A DNA stretch of 64,000 nt from a virus (lineage: Duplodnaviria; Caudoviricetes): IMG/VR virus record IMGVR_UViG_3300005973_000002; one strand, written 5' to 3'. Shown in pieces: positions 57,500 through 64,000 of this stretch (position 1 is the first letter of the stretch; each line of letters starts with the position of its first letter). Both the position numbers and the translations under genes were made by a program. The notes beneath the pieces are model-generated. The model searched no databases. It was given only the letters and a program-made list of their open reading frames with translations, and had not been told where the DNA came from.

Positions 57500-60400
57500 T
57501 TATACGGCATCGAACGACACGCCGCTTCTAGTAATGATGAAGTCAATTGCAATGAACTCAACCGCCCTCGTTGGAACGAGCACAATTCGAGCATTGACTC
57601 TATTGTTCTCACGATCAAGGTTTGTATTGTTTCTGCCATCAACGATGACATCAAATCTCTCAATACCAGCACGAGCCGAAATGAGGTTAAGAACGCTGCG
57701 GAATCTCCTATCAAGTTCAGTGTAAATTTCCGGAGTAATCTGTTCGAAGATTGCTCGGTTGCCAATCTCGATTATCCTGCGCTTGAGTTCATTCAACATT
57801 CGAACAACATTGATACTGCCGAGCGCAGACTCGGCTTGTTCAAGCGTGTTTTGTGCGAAGATTACGAAACCAGATTCGCCAGGGAATTTGACGATTGGGT
57901 TAATGTGAATGTCAAAAAGACGTTCACGTTCTGGTTGCTTAATTCTTGTCTTTGTAAGCTGTACAAAATCAAGAGCTGCTCTGTTGAAGCCTGCTGGTGC
58001 GAACCAAGGATAAGCAACACGGTCATTGAATCCAAGTGCTGCAAGTGCTCCAACAGAAGCTGGAACGGTTACTCTGCGCCTGTTTACATCATCCTCAAGT
58101 ACGAAATCTGGGAAGTAAGCACCTGCAAACTCATTGTCAAGAGCACGCTGCTCAAAGTTATTTGCAGTCTGTTCGATGTCGATAAATCTTGAAGTTTGAT
58201 TGTCCCAAATTCTGTTACCATCAGAGTCATATGCTGGTAAATCCATGGCATAGAAAGCAAGACCAAAGTCACGAACTTCATCAGCAGCAAAGTCTGTGAC
58301 CAACGGATCACGCTGACCTGGAATAGTAAGCAGATTGATGTTAGATGCGATTGCATCAGTGATAATCTCTGAAGCTCTTCGATAAGCGAAAACAGTCTGG
58401 TTTGAAGTACCAAATCCGTTTACGTTCTCGTTAAGTCCAGGTGAAGTGAAAGTAGATGCTGCATTTCCAACCTCGCTTCCAGCAGTTTCTGTTGAAGTGG
58501 AACGGTCATTAAATGTAGCTGCATTCTTATCAAGAATGTTGACGCCATCGAAACCACCATATAGAATAGAGGTAAACTTTGCAAAGTTGGTGAACTTGTT
58601 GAAGTCGGCAGCAGACGTGCCCTTTTGGTAAAGGGTGGCAAATGTAATTCTATCCAGACCAGAAATTTCATCAGTTATCTTGTATTCGAACCCATCTGGC
58701 GTTCTGTTACGAAGATAAGCAGCTTCTTTCATGTGGATTGCGGCTGATGATGTAACATCATTGAGTGATGCATTTCCTAGCGCAACACGAGCAAGCGTAA
58801 ACTTATTGTTGTTGAAATCATCTTTAGCTGAACCTGTAACAAGTACATCAAGTTTTTCAATACCTGCAAACTTAGTGTAGCTGTTGACCAACTGGTTTGG
58901 AAGATTGACAATGTTTGGATTCAGTGCGTTGGTGTTTCTAGAAGTCTTGACCCCCCAAAAATAACGTGCATCAGTTAATTCGGTTGCTCCTGGAGCACCT
59001 TCGAAACCCGGATTGGTTGCTGCATTTCCTCTTGTTACCTTATAACGGTATGGAAGAGGAGGTACTATAGACCACGCAAGACGTGGATCAGTTGCACCCG
59101 ACAAAGCAAGTCTTGCTAGGGCCGCCGACCCAGCAGTATCAGAAAGAAGTGAGTTGGTGCTCAATGGAGCAGTTCCTCGGAAGCCGAATGGAACAGCATC
59201 TTCAGGAATCTTCTTTTGTGCTACCTGGTCAGAAACAAATACTCGAATGTATCGGCTTCTGTTTTCAAACTTGCCAGTGGTGAGAAGGCGACGATCTTCT
59301 TCAGCTTCAGCGTCAAAGTTGAAGCGAGCACGCTTATCTCCAATAACCTTAGCAATGTAGTTGTCCGAATCCGGATCAAGAGAAAGGTTGTTGAACTGCT
59401 CAAGAATCTGTGGTTCGGCATCTGTATCATCAAATGTTCTTACAACAAGTGTGAAAGTTCCGTGTTTATCACGAACATTTGAAGACTTGAGAAGATTGGT
59501 GATAGAAATCTTGAAACGCTGATTTGCGTATGCGCCATCATCAACAGCTTCAATGTAAAAGAGGTCATACTCAGTTTTGCCATATGGTTGCGAGATAAAC
59601 CAAGGTGTTTTTGGAGTTGTGAATCTGGTGTCAAAACGACCGAACGCCTCTAGGAATGGAAGAGAGGTGTTGCCAGAAGTAGAAGAAGTGTTAATGCTAC
59701 CGCTTGCAATAGCAACATCGCCGCTTCCAGTGCCAACATTTGCGAGTTCGGCATCGACTGCATAATCAGCATAGACCACATGTTTTTCGTCGCTGAACCT
59801 TTCTGGATCAGTATTCATCAGCTTGGCAAAGTAGTTATCAGAACTTGGATTCAGAGAAGCGGTTAGAATTCTAACGCCAGGGAATCCGTCGTCATTGCCA
59901 AACGACGCACCAGCCGATGAAGAAATAACAATTTTGAATTCTCTGCTTGCAGAGTTTACAGTTGCAACGTCATCAACAAAGCTGCTGTACTGCTCGTTGC
60001 TGTCATCTCCATTTAGAATTTGAATTCGAGTACCTGACGCAGCGAAAATAACACCACGAGTAAGGTAAACCTCGTCGTTCGAACCCGAGGTAAGAAGTGA
60101 ATTATTGTCAGAAAACATCGGCATTCCGAGTGCTTCTGAAGCAGTAACAACGTGGCGAGCGACGAGGAATTGAACAGCACCATTAGTAGTAGCTGGGTTA
60201 ACGGAACTGAGAGTTCCACTTAGACGGAATCCAGCATTTTTGACTGTTCCTTGCAAACGAGTTGTCTCGATATCACTTGACGTCTCATTGGCACCCGCAC
60301 CAAGAATTCTGATGAAGGTAAGTGCTGTCCTGTTTTCCAGGAATCTATCGACTGCGTATGGCGCAGCATATCTTGGATTTAGATCGCCGAAGCGAGTTCG

Positions 60401-60559
60401 GAAATCAGCAAATGATCCAACAGTGAATGGGACGAATGCCGGACCACGTTCGGCACCACCAATTACACCAGCTGGAACGCCTACTGGCTCCTGAATCTGG
60501 GCTGTTAGATCGATTTCTCTATCGAAGAAGCCTGGAAAGTTAAAAATTTGGCTAACCAT
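57500..60559 (-). CDS. gp18: Tail sheath protein, copy 1
   Basis: FNFPGFFDREIDL; AERGPAFVP; PWFAPAGFNR; INPIVKFP..SINVVRML motifs. Confidence 0.95.
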   Translation of the reverse strand: MVSQIFNFPGFFDREIDLTAQIQEPVGVPAGVIGGAERGPAFVPFTVGSFADFRTRFGDLNPRYAAPYAVDRFLENRTALTFIRILGAGANETSSDIETTRLQGTVKNAGFRLSGTLSSVNPATTNGAVQFLVARHVVTASEALGMPMFSDNNSLLTSGSNDEVYLTRGVIFAASGTRIQILNGDDSNEQYSSFVDDVATVNSASREFKIVISSSAGASFGNDDGFPGVRILTASLNPSSDNYFAKLMNTDPERFSDEKHVVYADYAVDAELANVGTGSGDVAIASGSINTSSTSGNTSLPFLEAFGRFDTRFTTPKTPWFISQPYGKTEYDLFYIEAVDDGAYANQRFKISITNLLKSSNVRDKHGTFTLVVRTFDDTDAEPQILEQFNNLSLDPDSDNYIAKVIGDKRARFNFDAEAEEDRRLLTTGKFENRSRYIRVFVSDQVAQKKIPEDAVPFGFRGTAPLSTNSLLSDTAGSAALARLALSGATDPRLAWSIVPPLPYRYKVTRGNAATNPGFEGAPGATELTDARYFWGVKTSRNTNALNPNIVNLPNQLVNSYTKFAGIEKLDVLVTGSAKDDFNNNKFTLARVALGNASLNDVTSSAAIHMKEAAYLRNRTPDGFEYKITDEISGLDRITFATLYQKGTSAADFNKFTNFAKFTSILYGGFDGVNILDKNAATFNDRSTSTETAGSEVGNAASTFTSPGLNENVNGFGTSNQTVFAYRRASEIITDAIASNINLLTIPGQRDPLVTDFAADEVRDFGLAFYAMDLPAYDSDGNRIWDNQTSRFIDIEQTANNFEQRALDNEFAGAYFPDFVLEDDVNRRRVTVPASVGALAALGFNDRVAYPWFAPAGFNRAALDFVQLTKTRIKQPERERLFDIHINPIVKFPGESGFVIFAQNTLEQAESALGSINVVRMLNELKRRIIEIGNRAIFEQITPEIYTELDRRFRSVLNLISARAGIERFDVIVDGRNNTNLDRENNRVNARIVLVPTRAVEFIAIDFIITRSGVSFDAV

Positions 60560-60640
60560 GTTCCGTTCCTTTTACCATTACCTGAGGCAATTTGTCAGTA
60601 TACTCCTAACTAATTAGACACCACCTGAGGAGAAATCTTC

Positions 60641-61858
60641 TTATTTGAGTGTCTTGATAAACTCTTCCAATGTTTCAACGTCGGATGCCCTGTAAACTGT
60701 CTCTCCCTTTTTTTCATTGGACTCTAAAATAGATACGTAACGACGCTTCCTCTTTCCTGTGATCGGGTCGATTATATCTTTTCGAACAGCGAATCTTTCA
60801 TTTGTTGTTGGAGTCTGTTTTGTTTGGGGATCCAGTTCAATGTCTGTCAATGTGAAATTTTCCGGATTGTCCTTGTTTTTTTGCGGTGGACGATTTAGAT
60901 GTTCCTTCTCCAACACTTCGGTAGAATATGAACTTACGTCGAAAACTACCGTTGGCGATGAAATCCATCTTCTCACTGGAACAGCATTAGTTGGATGCTG
61001 TGGTGCGAAAATATAACCTTTAACCTGAACATTGAAAGAGTACCTCAAAATTCTTTCATCTTCAGTGAAATCATCAATATTTTCTTGATTCGCAAACTGT
61101 TCTTGCGTGTAAGCAAGAAACCAGTAACCCTTGTCGGTTACCAACTTGTGTATTCTATCGTTTGGTAGAAACGATGAGATAAACGTTTCTATCATATAAT
61201 TCATGTGTTGGGTAAACGAAGTCCAAAAAGTTACTTCGTATGTTGCAGTAAAAAACTGTGGCTGTGGTACTGTGATAATTTCCCACATGTTATTCAAACT
61301 GGTTCTCTGTTCTAAAAGCCCGCCTTGCTGCACCGAAACGTCGTTTTTCAGTTCGCCTGTTTCTCTTTCGGTAGAATAAGAATTTTTTAAGTTTTTAAAC
61401 CCCAGCTTATTAATAAAGTTTTGGTAATCCCTGTCTCCCTTTTCAAGACGTCGCTTAATGACAAGATTGCCAGTAAACTGATTGATACCTCTGCCAGTAA
61501 TGTCCAGCGATGTTTGTTCAATAGATGTTCTTCGGATAGAAATGGCCGGAAGCATCAATTTGTCGTTTCTATCTCTTGGTGGACGCAATCGCTTTGCAAG
61601 CACAAATCGTTCACCAGTAGCGAAAATTACAAAAGGCTTTTTAATCTGGATATCTTTGTTTGCCGTCTCTACTAATCGAACAGTAAATCCAATATCTTTG
61701 TCAAAAAGTCTGAACAGAGTCATGTCCGCATCTTCAATTCCAACTGGCGGAATCAAAAACGTATCCGAGGTATCGTCACCCTCATATCCAGAATCTACAT
61801 GTGGTTCAGGATTCCTTGGATCTCTTGGGATATTCTGTCGAGTTTCATTGCCGGACAT
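60641..61858 (-). CDS. Putative tail terminator/completion protein (gp15-like)
   Basis: LPAISIRRTSIE..ATYEVTFWTSF..MN..IE pattern; lies upstream of the sheath genes; ATG at 61858 follows CTATTTACC. Confidence 0.6.
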   Translation of the reverse strand: MSGNETRQNIPRDPRNPEPHVDSGYEGDDTSDTFLIPPVGIEDADMTLFRLFDKDIGFTVRLVETANKDIQIKKPFVIFATGERFVLAKRLRPPRDRNDKLMLPAISIRRTSIEQTSLDITGRGINQFTGNLVIKRRLEKGDRDYQNFINKLGFKNLKNSYSTERETGELKNDVSVQQGGLLEQRTSLNNMWEIITVPQPQFFTATYEVTFWTSFTQHMNYMIETFISSFLPNDRIHKLVTDKGYWFLAYTQEQFANQENIDDFTEDERILRYSFNVQVKGYIFAPQHPTNAVPVRRWISSPTVVFDVSSYSTEVLEKEHLNRPPQKNKDNPENFTLTDIELDPQTKQTPTTNERFAVRKDIIDPITGKRKRRYVSILESNEKKGETVYRASDVETLEEFIKTLK

Positions 61859-61927
61859 ATGGGTAAATAGTAAGTAAACCCACGTCGAACGCATTTTAGA
61901 AATAATTGTTTAGACAATAGAGAATTG

Positions 61928-62637
61928 TCAGTAGTGTAGATCATGAACTAATGCCGTATAACCATAGTCAAGAAGCACTACACGTCCATCAGCGGTTTTG
62001 CCCCAATGATCTAAAAATGTTAAATCTTCTGGAAGCAAATCGTATTTTTTTGCCATTTTTAGAAAATTTCTCACCCACTTGTTTGTCTTAAGATATGAAA
62101 GAGCCTTGAGTAATACTTCTGCATAATGATCAGAATTTCTCCTTGATGCCCTAAACTCAAGTTCATCAGCAGCTTTTTTAAAATCCCCCCTAGCTTCATA
62201 CAAAAAAGTTTGTACGGCATACTGAAATGCTTCCCAGTCGATTCCACCAGTTAGTTTTTCAAAATCTTCATCGCTATTCAATGGTCTAACAAGTTGAGAT
62301 ACCAACCAGAAACCATCAGGATCATAATCAAAAATTTGCGACACGAATGGAGCTACACTGAGTCGGTTGCAACTTCAAGTTCTGCATGATTTTGGGCCAG
62401 TCCCCTACGAGGATTTAAAGGATCAGCTAATTTTAAGACATAGCGGTTGCTCAATAAGTAAACCCATCTAGAAGACCCGCTGCCTAGTTTTTCGGTGCCT
62501 GTTTTTTCTAGGTAATATGCCATTCCCTTAGGAGTTTCAAGTTCTTTAAACTCCGACCACTTGAAATTACTCCTAATTTCTAAAAGAGTTTGCGACACCA
62601 TGAAATGTATTTGTTCTTTAAGATTTGCAACTAACAT
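61928..62637 (-). pseudogene. Protein kinase-like paralog split by a 1-nt deletion near 62356-62360
   Basis: KLGSGSSRWVY..VLKLA..QNHAELEVATDS joins in the -1 frame to VAPFVSQIFDY..DHWGKTADGRVVLLDYG, aligning with the paralog STDPDVKPIV. Confidence 0.8.
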
Positions 62638-62661
62638 AACAATATATATGATTTTGTTTGT

Positions 62662-63459
62662 TCAGATCCACGTAACATCATAATGTTTTCTAGCTACATC
62701 TCTCGAATAACCATAATCCAACAAAACTACACGGCCATCGGCAGTTTTGCCCCAGTGGTCTAACACGATCATATCGGCAGCCATTGCACCCTTATCAGAA
62801 ATTAATTCAATAGCAGCTTGTACCATTGGGTGTTCGGGTAATTCAGTTTGATATTCAATAACTTTTTCAATAGCCTCAAGTTGGCTTTTGTAGTATTCAA
62901 TATTTGTTTTATCGGCCGTATCTTCAGAGTCAAGTCGATTGATCTCTTCGATATACCTCTGTCGCAATTTGCGATGTTTCTCAATGGTATTTTCAAGTTC
63001 GCCCTCAAAAACAAGTTTAAGAACCTGGCGAAAATCAGTGAACGAAAACCCAGTTAAATCTTTAAATTCATTTATATTTTTTATTGGTCGAACCAACTCC
63101 GAAACAATCCACGAGTAATCATCGGCCGCATCATAGACTTCGGCCACAATTGGTTTTACATCTGGATCGGTAGACAAATCTACTTCATATTTGTTTTGCG
63201 CCTTCCCTCTCTCAAAACTACGAGGAGAACGTGGAAGAGGTTGGGCTAGTTGGGCTAGTTTGAGCACAAACCTATTGCTTAACAAAAATACAAGACGTGA
63301 AGTTCCCTCCCCTAATACTTGAGTACCAGTGTTTATAAGGTACAAGGCCCTGTCAAAGTGATCATCTATCTTTTTAAATTCAGACCACTTGAAATTACTC
63401 CTAATTTCATGAAGTGTTTGAAAAACCATGAAGCGTATTTGTTCTTTCAGTCTCATCAT
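62662..63459 (-). CDS. Protein kinase-like paralog
   Basis: LGEGTSRLVF, VLKLA, QNKYE and DHWGKTADGRVVLLDYG motifs. Confidence 0.8.
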   Translation of the reverse strand: MMRLKEQIRFMVFQTLHEIRSNFKWSEFKKIDDHFDRALYLINTGTQVLGEGTSRLVFLLSNRFVLKLAQLAQPLPRSPRSFERGKAQNKYEVDLSTDPDVKPIVAEVYDAADDYSWIVSELVRPIKNINEFKDLTGFSFTDFRQVLKLVFEGELENTIEKHRKLRQRYIEEINRLDSEDTADKTNIEYYKSQLEAIEKVIEYQTELPEHPMVQAAIELISDKGAMAADMIVLDHWGKTADGRVVLLDYGYSRDVARKHYDVTWI

Positions 63460-64000
63460 GCAGCTCGGTAAAGGTCAACCAAGTCCTCTGTAAAGCCGTA
63501 GTCTAATAGAACTACACGACCATCAGCGGTTTTGCCCCAATGATCCACTTCAAGAATATCACCACGCATAACACCAGCTTGATTCATCAAAGCAAGAGCA
63601 CCTTGTACCACTGGTGAATTTAACATTTTTTGAAGGTTTGTTTTTCTTTGCTGAAGGTTTTGAACGTTCTTTGTAAACTTGTCAATACCCGCTTCATTAC
63701 CCTGCGATTGAGCATTTTTGAGACGACGAGACCACATTTGAATGCCCTGTTCGATCTCGCTAAATTCACTCTTGATATCTTCATGATTTTTCAGTATAGA
63801 AACAAACTGTTCCCAGGGAACCCCTGTGAGCTTCTGAAATTCTTCTGTGCTTGCAAGTGGTCGTGCAATTTCTGAAACGAGCCAATGGCCATCTTCGCCA
63901 GCGTCATGAATAGCGGTTACATAATTCTTGCTTGCCGTATTAGCAAAGACCTGAAGCTCGCCTTTGTTCTGCCCCATTCCCTTTTCTGCCGCTTGAGGAA
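63456..64000 (-). CDS. Protein kinase-like paralog, 5' end outside window
   Basis: Frame is open to the window edge (PQAAEKGMGQNKGE..); DHWGKTADGRVVLLDYG. Confidence 0.8.
   Translation of the reverse strand, partial: PQAAEKGMGQNKGELQVFANTASKNYVTAIHDAGEDGHWLVSEIARPLASTEEFQKLTGVPWEQFVSILKNHEDIKSEFSEIEQGIQMWSRRLKNAQSQGNEAGIDKFTKNVQNLQQRKTNLQKMLNSPVVQGALALMNQAGVMRGDILEVDHWGKTADGRVVLLDYGFTEDLVDLYRAA

Noticed and set aside
39869-60559. Tailocin or extracellular contractile injection system because of the two sheath genes
   Set aside because: A T4-type major capsid protein and scaffold lie in the same module.
1-64000. tRNA, rRNA, CRISPR arrays, PhuZ/chimallin, terminase and portal
   Set aside because: None was recognised by eye in this window; tRNAscan-SE, Infernal and HMM searches would be needed to exclude divergent copies.

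Overview
This window is a 64-kb segment of a large T4-like (myovirus-type, probably jumbo) tailed phage genome in the standard genetic code. It is mostly the virion morphogenesis region: major capsid protein, a 753-aa prohead scaffold, two tandem ~1000-aa tail sheath paralogs, tail tube, a putative tail terminator, baseplate gp6/gp25/gp5-like genes and several large baseplate or tail proteins. It also carries a GDP-fucose/glycosyltransferase cluster, a phage sigma-like factor, an actin-fold ATPase and five free-standing homing endonucleases. The most striking pattern is a set of about 20 otherwise unrelated accessory proteins that share short leader motifs: MK(I/L)xKxxLxxxIxE; RWxxLAG, which also ends the scaffold; and LxxLLx(F/Y/W)LE. 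These are followed by T4-gp21-type L-x-E cleavage sites. The attached domains include four ADP-ribosyltransferase-like domains, an HNH nuclease, four protein-kinase-like genes, an RNA-ligase plus nucleotidyltransferase fusion, a Dps/ferritin-like domain, ChaB and a glycosylase-like protein. I infer a modular, signal-addressed, capsid-packaged effector arsenal. Features missed by the ORF track include a 34-aa microprotein with 10 Cys, an apparent ATC-initiated structural gene, six -1 frameshifts (all in accessory genes) and a recurring (C/A)TANTTA late-promoter-like motif. Domain calls come from motif recognition by eye; no database searches were run. No tRNA, rRNA or CRISPR array was seen.
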